In this document: positions 1 through 11,249 of the stretch, piece by piece
Numbering within the stretch: position 1 is the stretch's first letter
How the letters are laid out: each line of letters opens with the position of its first letter
From: Eledone cirrhosa
Lineage: Eukaryota
Direction of reading: 5' to 3'
DNA length: 64,000 bases
Assembly (NCBI GenBank): GCA_964016885.1
Contig: OZ024742.1
Span: 174,468,001-174,532,000, forward strand
Translations under genes and position numbers: made by a program
The notes under the pieces: model-generated
The model's database searches: none
What the model saw: only the letters and a program-made list of their open reading frames with translations
What the model was told of the DNA's origin: nothing

Positions 1-3000
1 AAAATAAAGTACAAGTCAACTACTGGGAGTTAATTTAATTAACTGTCTCCTTCCCTAAAATAAAGTACCAGTCAAGTACTGGAGTTAATTTAATCAACTG
101 TCTCCTTCCCTAAAATAATGTACCAGTCAACTGCTGGGAGTTAATTTAATCTACTGTCTCCTTCCTTAAAATAAAGTACCAGTCAAGTACTGGGAGTTCA
201 TTTAATCAACTGTCTCCTTCCCTAAATTAAAGTACCAGTCAAGTACTGGGAGTTAATTTAATTAACTGTCTCCTTCCCTAAATTAAAGTACCAGTCAAGT
301 ACTGGGAGTTAATTTAATTAACTGTCTCCTTCCCTAAAATAAAGTACCAGTCAAGTACTGGGAGTTCATTTAATGTACTGTCTCCTTCCCTAAAATAAAG
401 TACCAGTCAAGTACTGGGAGTTAATTTAATACTGTCTCCTTCCTTAAAATAAAGTACTAGTCAAGTACTGGGAGTTAATTTAATCTACTTTCTCCTTCCT
501 TAAAATGAAGTACCAGTCAAATACTGGGAGTTAATTTAATCTACTGTCTCCTTCCCTAAAATGAAGTACCAGTCAAGTACTGGGAGTTAATTTAATCTAC
601 TGTCTCCTTCCCTAAAATGAAATACCAGTCAAGTACTGGGAGTTAATTTAATCTACTGTCTCCTACCCTAAAATGAAGTACCAGTCAAGTACTGGGAGTT
701 AATTTAATCTACTGTCTCCTTCCCTAAAATGAAATACCAGTCAAGTACTGGGAGTTAATTTAATCAACTGTCTCCTTCCTTAAATTAAAGTACCAGTCAA
801 GTACTGGGAGTTAATTTAATCAACTGTCTCCTTCCTTAAAATAAAGTACCAGTCAAGTACTGGGAGTTAATTTAATCAACTGTCTCTTTCCATAGAATAA
901 AGTACCAGTCAAGTACTGGGAGTTAATTTAATCTACTGTCTCCTTCCTTAAAATAAAGTACCAGTCAAGTACTGGGAGTTAATTTAATCAACTGTCTCCT
1001 TCCTTAAAATAAAGTACCAGTCAAATACTGGGAGTTAATTTAATCTACTGTCTCCTTCCTTAAAATGAAGTACCAGTCAAGTACTGGGAGTTAATTTAAT
1101 CTACTGTCTCCTTCCCTAAAATGAAGTACTAGTCAAGTACTGGGAGTTAATTTAATCTACTGTCTCCTTCCCTAAAATAAAGTACCAGTCAACTACTGGG
1201 AGTTAATTTAATCTACTGTCTCCTTCCCTAAAATAAAGTACCAGTCAAGTACTGGGAGTTAATTTAATCTACTGTCTCCTTCCTTAAAATGAAGTACCAG
1301 TCAAGTACTGGGAGTTAATTTAATCAACCGTCTCCTTCCTTAAAATGAAGTACCAGTCAACTACTGGGAGTTAATTTAATTAACTGTCTTCTTCCCTAAA
1401 ATAAAGTACCAGTCAAGTACTTGGAGTTAATTTAATTAACTGTCTCCTTCCCTAAAATAAAGTACCAGTCAACTACTGGGAGTTAATTTAATTAACTGTC
1501 TTCTTCCCTAAAATAAAGTACCAGTCAAGTACTTGGAGTTAATTTAATTAACTGTCTCCTTCCCTAAAATAAAGTACAAGTCAACTACTGGGAGTTAATT
1601 TAATTAACTGTCTCCTTCCCTAAAATAAAGTACCAGTCAAGTACTGGAGTTAATTTAATCAACTGTCTCCTTCCCTAAAATAAAGTACCAGTCAACTGCT
1701 GGGAGTTAATTTAATCTACTGTCTCCTTCCTTAAAATAAAGTACCAGTCAAGTACTGGGAGTTCATTTAATCAACTGTCTCCTTCCCTAAATTAAAGTAC
1801 CAGTCAAGTACTGGGAGTTAATTTAATTAACTGTCTCCTTCCCTAAATTAAAGTACCAGTCAAGTACTGGGAGTTAATTTAATTAACTGTCTCCTTCCCT
1901 AAAATAAAGTACCAGTCAAGTACTGGGAGTTCATTTAATGTACTGTCTCCTTCCCTAAAATAAAGTACCAGTCAAGTACTGGGAGTTAATTTAATACTGT
2001 CTCCTTCCTTAAAATAAAGTACAAGTCAAGTACTGGGAGTTAATTTAATCTACTTTCTCCTTCCTTAAAATGAAGTACCAGTCAAATACTGGGAGTTAAT
2101 TTAATCTACTGTCTCCTTCCCTAAAATGAAGTACCAGTCAAGTACTGGGAGTTAATTTAATCTACTGTCTCCTTCCCTAAAATGAAATACCAGTCAAGTA
2201 CTGGGAGTTAATTTAATCTACTGTCTCCTTCCCTAAAATGAAGTACCAGTCAAGTACTGGGAGTTAATTTAATCTACTGTCTCCTTCCCTAAAATGAAAT
2301 ACCAGTCAAGTACTGGGAGTTAATTTAATCAACTGTCTCCTTCCTTAAATTAAAGTACCAGTCAAGTACTGGGAGTTAATTTAATCAACTGTCTCCTTCC
2401 TTAAAATAAAGTACCAGTCAAGTACTGGGAGTTAATTTAATCAACTGTCTCTTTCCATAGAATAAAGTACCAGTCAAGTACTGGGAGTTAATTTAATCTA
2501 CTGTCTCCTTCCTTAAAATAAAGTACCAGTCAAGTACTGGGAGTTAATTTAATCAACTGTCTCCTTCCTTAAAATAAAGTACCAGTCAAATACTGGGAGT
2601 TAATTTAATCTACTGTCTCCTTCCTTAAAATAAAGTACCAGTCAAGTACTGGGAGTTAATTTAATCTACTGTCTCCTTCCCTAAAATGAAGTACTAGTCA
2701 AGTACTGGGAGTTAATTTAATCTACTGTCTCCTTCCCTAAAATAAAGTACCAGTCAACTACTGGGAGTTAATTTAATCTACTGTCTCCTTCCCTAAAATA
2801 AAGTACCAGTCAAGTACTGGGAGTTAATTTAATTAACCGTCTCCTTTCCTAAAATAAAGTACCAGTCAAGTACTGGGAGTTAATTTAATTAACTGTCTCA
2901 TTCCTAAAATAAAGTACCAGTCAAGTACTGGGAGTTAATTTAATTAACTATCTCCTTCCCTAAAATAAAGTACCAGTAAATTACTGGGAGTTAATTTAAT

Positions 3001-3185
3001 TAACTGTCTCCTTCCTTAAAAGGAAGTACCAGTCAACTACTGGGAGTTCATTTAATCTACTGTCTCCTTCCCTAAAATGAAGTACCAGTCAAGTACTGGG
3101 AGTTAATTTAATTAACTGTCTCCTTCCTTAAAATAAAGTACCAGTCAACTACTGGGAGTTAATTTAATCTACTGTCTCCTTCCCT
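1..3185 (+). repeat. 56-bp tandem satellite array (~57 monomers, runs off the window start), monomer derived from the body of a tRNA-SINE
   Basis: The unit AAAATAAAGTACCAGTCAAGTACTGGGAGTTAATTTAATCTACTGTCTCCTTCCCT repeats every 56 bp. The array ends in a SINE 3' end (GCTGGACTTGTGCCTCAACTAGAAACTATT, 3191-3220). Confidence 0.97.
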
Positions 3186-3249
3186 ACATCGCTGGACTTG
3201 TGCCTCAACTAGAAACTATTCTTATTCTTCTTCTTGACATTATTATTAA

Positions 3250-3440
3250 TGGTGGATTGTCAGTATCGGTATAGGGTTGGACGCCATGCTTTGCAGCAAA
3301 GAGTTACGGCCCTTAGCGTTCTGAGTTCAAATCCTGCTGAGGTTAACTTTGCCTTTCATCATTACGGGGTCGATAAAATAAGGTACCAGTAATACACTGA
3401 GTTAATTGCTGGCCTTGTGCCAAAAGTAGAAACAATTATT
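3250..3440 (+). mobile_element. tRNA-derived SINE, family A (ATT-associated), full length
   Basis: It has a Pol III A-box-like GGTGGATTGTCAGTATCGG and a B-box GAGTTCAAATCC. The body is TTTGCCTTTCATC..GGGGTCGATAAAATAA.GTACCAG and the tail is GGCCTTGTGCCAAAAGTAGAAACAATTATT. More than 10 related copies occur in the window. Confidence 0.88.
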
Positions 3441-4645
3441 AATTTTAGATGCTTTGTTTTAGATGACATGTATTCCAATTTATATTTAATTACACCATGT
3501 CACTGCATATTAAAAGTGGACGTGAAAGTAATGATGATAATGATAGGGAGAAAGCTGAGTGTGCAAATGATGATGATGATGATGAATTTAAATTTAAATT
3601 TAAATTTAAATTATTTTATTTAGATAAACCTTAATGATAACTTGCAGTTGAATTAATGTTTAAAAAATGTTTTTAACATTTTTTACATAGATTAACTTTA
3701 TTGCCATCTAAACTTTCTTGTTTACATTTCAGAAATAGAAGATAAAAAAGTGTACAATATCTAAAAGTATTAAGAAAAGCAAAAATGAAAAAAAACGAAA
3801 AAAAGGAAAAAGTAAGAATACTGATAATAATGTAACATAAAATTTACATTTCAAGCTGAAAATTAAGTTTGAATTAATTTAATAAAACACTCTATTATTC
3901 GTTTCCTTGACTTTACTTTTAAAAGTGGAATAAATAATTTAAGAGAAAATTATATATAAGAATATTTTTCTTGCTAAAGTTCATTGTGCATTTCTATCCA
4001 CGCAGCTATATAACTCAACAATATACAAAGTTCACATTTGTATGGAAGCCTCTGTTTGTTTGTTTTGAGAATTAATCAGAATCCTGCATCCATTGTGTTG
4101 ACTTAATTCTGTTTTTGCAAACTTGGCTTTTGTCTGTTGTATTAACATATAATTCTCAGTTTTTGTTGTTTGCTTATTGTCTTTTTTTTTTTTCCTATTT
4201 TAACACCGAAAGTTCTCAATGTAGCTTTTATTTTCCCTTACAAGTGCTACACTTTCTATTTTTTCCATTTTTTTTCTTTTTGTATTTCGATAATGTTATT
4301 TCTTGGTTTGGTTTTTCTTGGGGTTTTGTTCGGTTGTGTTCAGCCTAAATAAGTTGATAAATTGTTATAGCAGGAAGAAGAGAAAAAAACTCCTGTTGTT
4401 ATAGGAAGTTATAAATTTGCTCACTGCTGTTGCATACTTACTGAATAGTTGATCCGGTAAAGTGCTGGACAAATACATGAGAGGTTGAGAGTTCAATTTT
4501 TGTATTTATTTATTTTTTAGTTTCCAATATACTTAACCCTTTCATTACTATATTTCTAAGTAAACACACCACCTATGTTTTTCAATTAATTTTGTAAATA
4601 ATCAACAATTTGAAGGAATCTAGTAAAACAACTTAACATTATCAA

Positions 4646-4856
4646 CCCTTTAGCATTTAAACCGGCTGTATCCAACCAGGATTATCTCACCACTCTCTAC
4701 TCAAACCAGCTGTTCATACTGACTTTACGGTATTGTTCTCAAAATAAATAACATCAAAATTTCATAGATTCGATATTATGTGAGATAATTATGTGAGATG
4801 AAGCCTTTACCATGAAAATACTATAGTAAATATAGAGTAATGTAAATGCTAAAGGG
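4646..4856. mobile_element. piggyBac-type MITE
   Basis: Terminal inverted repeats CCCTTTAGCATTTA ... TAAATGCTAAAGGG are flanked by TCAA/TTAA (TTAA-type target). It is nested in a second CCCTT-ended MITE family. Confidence 0.65.
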
Positions 4857-5622
4857 TTAAACCAGTGTTCAGTATTTTTTATTCAAATATGTATACTTTA
4901 AAAGAAGAAGTTTGCCATCATAGAATTATGGTAACTTAAGGCAGGCTGGTATGTACTAAAGTACATAGTTTAACACAGATTTTGTCCATAATATTTTTGT
5001 TTATTTAAATATGAATACATTAAAACAAGATTCTTTCCGAAATAGAATTGGGCAGCTTCAGGCAGGTTGATATCAATGTTAATCCAATATACTTAGTCCG
5101 TTCTGTATCCAGTTTAGAATAGGTACACAATAGGATTGTGTGCCATAAAAGGCAATTAGAATGGTTGGGAAGAGAAAAGGAATCAATCTATAAAACATGG
5201 TGTTTAAAAGGAATCATATTTCTGGCCATGCTTGAACCAATATGGGAACCACAACATGATTGTTCCCCAAGCTGGAACAAATAGTCAACTCTTCCTCATA
5301 TCATACACTGTCATCTTAAAACAAAAAAGGGTGCATTGAATAATGCAGTCTTAGATACATTATGTCTTTTAAAATGTTGAGAAGGCCATAACTGAGACTG
5401 TACAGCAATTATCATAATCATCATAATTATAATGGTCAGTTTTACATTCATTTCTGCATGCTGCCTTGAGTTGTATGTGAACATCTGAGATGGAATTATA
5501 TGGCTGGATAACAATGCTGATGCTAACCATCACTTTTTTTAAAGTAAGGATCCTTCTTTGTGTGGAAGTCGAACATGAAAAGAGAGACAAGCAAATGTAG
5601 ACACTGCAATATATATATATAA

Positions 5623-5767
5623 TAAAGGAACCAAATAAATATATATATATTTTTAAAAAATAAGACTTCAATTGCATTTTCGATTTCATCTCTTTTTCTT
5701 TATACTTTCACTCGTGTAAGACACCTCGGTTATTTTTCATTTTGTAAAAAAAAAACCTCACTTTCTA
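5623..5767 (+). mobile_element. Fragment of the HHR-bearing PLE pseudo-LTR family also seen at 54.1-54.5 kb
   Basis: Near-identical to the reverse complement of 54138-54290 and flanked by (TA)n on both sides. Confidence 0.8.
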
Positions 5768-5799
<32 letters not shown>

Positions 5800-5839
5800 C
5801 ATCATCATATATATATACATATATTATTATTGTGATTTT

Positions 5840-6380
5840 AATGTTCACTTTCCCTGCTTTCAAGGTTTGGATGGGTCCATATAGACAAAGTAAGTTAGTA
5901 CTGAAACAGAGCCACTGATCTCCCAGGCATGCTAAGGAGCTGTGTCTCACTTATGCATGGTCTCACATTCCATCAAGTACCCAGGAGAGGTTGTCATGCT
6001 TTTGACACAACTAAGGGTCTTCCCAACCCTTTGTTTGGCAAGGTGTTTATGGCTGGAAGGCCTTCCTATCATCAACCACTTCACAGCAGGTACTGGGTGC
6101 ATTTATCGTATATATCACCAACACTTAGGAGGTGATCATGTCCATGACACAACTAAAGTGTCATTCCAATCCTTTGTCTGGCAAGCTTTCGATGGCTGGA
6201 GGCCCTTCCTATAATGAACCACTTTACAGCATGTACTGAATGCATTTATCATATAGATCACCAACACTAGGGAGGCTGTCATATCCATGAGTCAACTGAA
6301 GGGTCTGCCTGACCCTTTGTTTGTTTGTTTGGCAAGCTCTCTATGGCTGAAAGTGCTTCCTCTCATTAACCACTTCATGA
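5840..6380 (-). repeat. Degenerate tandemly reiterated RTE/SINE 3'-tail segments (~135-bp period)
   Basis: Three diverged copies of GACACAACTAA..CCCTTTGTTTGGCAAG..ATGGCTGGA..CTTCCT..AACCACTT. The reverse complement resembles the RTE tail GGTTGGTGTTAGGAAGGGCATCCAGC. Confidence 0.55.
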
Positions 6381-6589
6381 CAGGGGGAGCAGCTGATAGA
6401 AATATAATCGATTGCAGGGCTTGAAGTAGTGAATTTGGGAGTAACTATTAGGGAATGCTAGTAGAGGGGACATTGTAAGTCAGGTCACATTCTATGCTCA
6501 GGTCAGGTCGTCTTCAGCACTGTATAGCGCCAGCTCACAAGGTCTTTAGTCATTTCTGTATGTGTGTGTATGTGTATATATCAAAAACC

Positions 6590-6800
6590 CTCTTAGGTCA
6601 TGAATGACCATGTGATTTGCACCTAGAAAGTTTCCCTCCAAGGCATAAGTCTGGGCTAGGTTGTTTGAGGAAGACCAACAGTTGCCCATGCATACCAGTC
6701 GCCTCTGTCCATGCCACCGAGGATGCCCAAGGGAAAAGCTATGGCCAATACAGCTTGGCACTAGTGATGTTGCAACTCATTTCTACAGCTGAGTAAACTG
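6590..6800 (-). mobile_element. SINE fragment (family also at ~13950-14230 and ~46120-46360)
   Basis: Shares GCACCTAGAAAGTT..GCAACTCATTTCTACAGCTGAGT with the other copies, which continue into the reverse complement of a tRNA-like head. Confidence 0.6.
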
Positions 6801-7510
6801 TGATTCACCACCTTGGGTCCTTTTTCCCTCATGGACTCACCTTCCCAATTTCTTTAATACCTCACCCATTATCACATGCGCTTGTACATTCACCCCTAGA
6901 TTACTATGGCTCTCTTATGGTCAGAAACATATTCTCTTACAACTAATACAGACCGACAAAATATGCACACTACTCCACTTTTCCCTTCACAGCTCTGTAT
7001 ACACACATACACACCCATATATTAACATACTTTTGCTCATAGCTTCGTACTTACAAGCACACACACACACACACACTTTTACGTACATATACATACACAT
7101 TTCTTCTTAACTTCATACGGATGTACAATAACACACACACAAACACACACATGCATACACACACACACAAGTATAGTTCTTTTTCCAAAACGTTTTTTGT
7201 TTTAATTTCATGTAGACTCGCTCTATCATCCACTTTTCTATAAAAATAAATCATACACAAAACGCCAGCATCAACAGTTTGCCAAGAGATGTCAACATGA
7301 ATGGACCTGTTATTTTTATCTAAAGACATTTTTTCCAATTCCATCTCGCCCGTCCCTTCAATCTATGTTATTTCTCATTCTTTCTTCTGATGAAGGACTA
7401 GCGTCCGAAACGTTAAGACCCTCTTCCTGCTATTTCAAGCATTAACCTAATATATTCCTTCCATATACTGTACCGATTGTGTTGTTATTTCTGTTTACCT
7501 TTTACACATA
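6801..7510 (+). mobile_element. Penelope-like element 3' end plus pseudo-LTR with minimal hammerhead
   Basis: 6801-6840 reads IHHLGSFSPHGL with a frameshift, resembling the GIY-YIG C-terminal LxPxGLN motif. A microsatellite-rich UTR, an HHR at 7383-7418 and (TA)n follow. Confidence 0.6.
7383..7418 (+). ncRNA. Minimal type-I hammerhead ribozyme (PLE-type)
   Basis: UCUU-CUGAUGA-A-GGAC(UAGC)GUCC-GAAACGUU-AAGA. Helix I is UCUU/AAGA, helix II is GGAC/GUCC, and helix III is the palindromic ACGU. Confidence 0.8.
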
Positions 7511-7726
7511 TATATATAAAAGTAGAAGCTTAGTAAAATCGAAGCTTTGGCTGTGGGCAAGCAAAGTCGACCTACAATAGGAATGAGTTAACAAAGCACC
7601 CAATAAGGGTAAGTCCTTAGAGTAATAACATACATTTAAATAGCTTGACAAATTGAACATTGCGGTAGGCAAAACCCAACCACACAATACCAAAGCAACG
7701 AAAGAACTAACAGGTTAAAAGCTACA

Positions 7727-7851
7727 CCTGGACAAATCAAATGATATACGTTTAAAGTGTTTCTATGAATCCAAAATCATTTATCCAACTTACGTAACGT
7801 GCATGCTCATGGTATTCCATGATCGAACAGAGGATTCATTTCGTCAACAGG
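7727..7851 (-). ncRNA. Type-I hammerhead ribozyme motif (U3 variant) in a TA-flanked non-coding element (~7520-8010)
   Basis: Minus strand: CCUG-UUGACGA-A-AUGAAUCC...GGAUUCAU-A-GAAA-CA...UG-UC-CAGG, with an 8-bp helix II base and helix I CCUG/CAGG. Confidence 0.65.
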
Positions 7852-8010
7852 GATTCCGTTCTGCCCAAAAGTGGTGTGAACAAACAAAATGCGGCCGCTA
7901 AGAATGCATCCAGCGAACACTTCGTTGTCACGTGTTATTTCCAACATGGGAAGCAACCCCCCCGGTTTTTGGCGGGCAAATTCAAAGTGTTAACAAAGGG
8001 AAATATTATA

Positions 8011-8042
<32 letters not shown>

Positions 8043-8054
<12 letters not shown>

Positions 8055-8845
8055 AAATAATGAATAAAACAATGAAACAGTTCCTTATATTAAACAAAAA
8101 AAGTTCATTATTTAACGATCGTTTCTAGGATATATATGTGTTAGAATTGGCATGCATATTCAACAGATCTATGTACAAAATTATACAAAATTATACAAAC
8201 TATCAAAATTAAATATACATACCAACACATATAAATGCCGTCTTCAGAAATAATGAAATATATTTATTGATAATAACAACAATTCAAAATTACAGGTCTG
8301 TTTGGGAACAGAGTTCAAATTGACCAATGAAAACATAAAAAGTTTATACAGTTAGGTGTGTGTATATATGTAAGTAACTTCGTTCACAGATATGCATAAA
8401 GATATATGTTCACATGCATACGCATGCCGAAAAGATGTATGTAAATACAAAAATTCAAAGCTAATGTCTCTGTATGTTTATAATCTACAGATAAAATACG
8501 TATACGCATATAAATATAAAAATAAATATATACACACATTCATATACACACACATATACGTACATTCACACACACACGCGCGTATACGCATAAACATACA
8601 CACAACCACGAACATACATTCACACACACGCCCCCACACACATATATGTGTATATACTATTATCATAAGCATATGGACATTAATGCGCGCACGTAAACAC
8701 TGCCACACATATTTAGATCCAGATACAGAAAGTAGGTGGGGGGGGGGGAGAGGTCAGTATTTAGCGGTGTCAGCAAGCTGCCTATTTATAAATGTATCTA
8801 TAAATTTAGAAATAAAAAGAAAAAAGAAAAAAGAAATATATTAAG

Positions 8846-8915
<70 letters not shown>

Positions 8916-8952
8916 AACAAGTAAAATATAAAATATACATCAATATACATAC

Positions 8953-8987
<35 letters not shown>

Positions 8988-9198
8988 CGTATATATACAT
9001 ACATATACATACACATATACATAAACACATACATACACATACATATACATACACACACCATATAAATACACATACACATACACACATGCATACATATAGA
9101 GACACATACATATACACATATAAATACATAGACATATACACATATACACACATATATATATAAACATACACACATACATACATATATATCCATTCACA

Positions 9199-9240
<42 letters not shown>

Positions 9241-9555
9241 TGGTATGTATATTTAATTTTGATAGTTTGTATAATTTTGTATAATTTTGTACATAGATCT
9301 GTTGAATATGCATGCCAATTCTAACACATATATATCCTAGAAACGATCGTTAAATAATGAACTTTTTTTGTTTAATATAAGGAACTGTTTCATTGTTTTA
9401 TTCATTATTTTTTTAATATTTTATCTTGACTCTGTATTCCGTTTATCTTTCACCGAAAGTGATTTTTCATTGCATCTCTTCTTTCCATGATATCCGGATT
9501 ACATTGAGTTCCTCATACGGATTGGACACTACCGTAAACTCTTGGTAGATTTATC

Positions 9556-9560
<5 letters not shown>
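8043..9560. mobile_element. PLE-type pseudo-LTR pair in inverted orientation around microsatellite-rich sequence
   Basis: 8043-8232 is the near-perfect reverse complement of 9231-9424. The left arm overlaps the HHR, and the block is bounded by (TA)n. Confidence 0.65.
8106..8255 (-). ncRNA. Type-I hammerhead ribozyme with ~120-nt helix II
   Basis: Minus strand: CAUUAUUU-CUGAAGA-...AUAUGUGUUGG...CUAACACAUAU...-GAAACGAUCGUU-AAAUAAUG, with an 8-bp helix I and palindromic helix III ACGAUCGU. Confidence 0.72.
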
Positions 9561-9602
<42 letters not shown>

Positions 9603-10840
9603 TATATCATCATCATCATCATTTAATAGACACTTTCCCTGCTAATATAGGTCTACATAGACCAAGTCAATACTGAAGCAGGGCCACTGATGTCCCAGAT
9701 AGGCTGAGGAGCACTGTATCCCACTTACATATGGTTATTATCAAGTGCAGAGGAGAAGTTGTGACTTTTGACACAAACTAAAATATCCTACTAACCCCTT
9801 GTAGTGTGTACTAGATGCTTTATTATGTAGATCACCATCACTAGAGAGGTTGTTGTGTCTTTGACACAGGTGAATGTTCCTCGAAACCCTTTTAGGTATG
9901 ATTTGTTCAGCGTGATGGCCTTTCTGTCACAAAACACCCATATGGATTGTACAGAGTGAATTTTCGTAGTATCATCACTAGAGATGTTGTTGGTCATAGA
10001 CCCGACTGTAGAGCCCTCACAGCTCTGGGGAGGGGGAAGTAGGAGAGGGGAATAGATATAGATGAGATGTTACTATTTAAGTCTAGGAAGGTCATTATTC
10101 AACTTAGTACTTCATACTTAAGGAAAGTAGATATTATCATAGGATGGGATGCCTAACTGTCAAGCTTAAACCATTTTGATCACAAGATGACAAAATTATC
10201 TCCTTGGGAGCTGATCAATGCACTGACTTGCATGCGGTGGGAGGGGATATTCTAGAAGTGGAAGGAGAAATGTATGATGAAAGTAAAGTAAAAATGACAT
10301 CAAAATAAGAGTATGAAGGAAGTGGAATGCTCAAGCGATCATAAACGTTTATGATAAGACTGTCTTATCACTGTTTAAATGTAAAGAATTAAGAGCTTCA
10401 ACTTTGTTGTTTTCCTTCTATGAGAGTATTATACTGTTAAATATTTACATTTAACAATAGGCATTATGCAGCAAAATGCTTACATTTAACAATAGACTGT
10501 ATATTGTTAAATATTTTCATTTCCAAAACAATTTAACTTGTGCTTCAATGGAAATTAAAAATATATGAAGAAGGCAGAAACCTACTTTATGTTGATCTGT
10601 TAACTATTAAACCCTTTTGTTATAACATTTCTACTGAAAGATATTGCCTATGGGTTTTTTTGAAAATAATTGATAATTTGATAGGCTTTATAAAGTTTAT
10701 TACCATATTACACATTGTGAAATATATTTTTATTTTTACCAAAGTAAGAAGCTGAAGGTTATGTTAATGATTTTAAATTAAACAATTTTTTTTTTTTTTA
10801 GTGGAGCATCATCTACAATACTGAAGTGTTTTCAATGATG

Positions 10841-11234
10841 CAAAATATGATTACTCTCTAGTTATTTCTCCAATACTTGGCTCTTAACAAATGTTTACAT
10901 ATTAGATTATGATGAGATATTTTTTGTTAAATATAATTAATTGTTTCTACTTTTGGCACAAGGCCATCAATTGCCCAGTACATTACTGGTACTTTATTTT
11001 ATCGACCCCGTAAGGATGAAAGGCAAAGTTAACCTCGGCGGGATTAACTTTGCCTTTCATCCTTACGGGATCGATAAAATAAAGTACCAGTAATGTACTG
11101 GGTAATTGATGGCCTTGTGCCAAAAGTAGAAACAATTAATTATATTTAACAAAAAATATCTCATCATAATCTAATATGTAAACATTTGTTAAGAGCCAAG
11201 TATTGGAGAAATAACTAGAGAGTAATCATATTTG
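10841..11234. repeat. ~190-bp-arm near-perfect palindrome (SINE A 3' half plus ~95 bp unique flank)
   Basis: CAAAATATGATTACTCTCTAG...GCAAAGTTAA [~10-nt spacer] TTAACTTTGC...CTAGAGAGTAATCATATTTG. Confidence 0.95.
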
Positions 11235-11249
11235 TTAAATATAGTTAAT

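Noticed and set aside
1-3185. Regular repeat array superficially like a CRISPR array
   Set aside because: There are no unique spacers, the monomers are contiguous, the context is eukaryotic and no cas genes are present.
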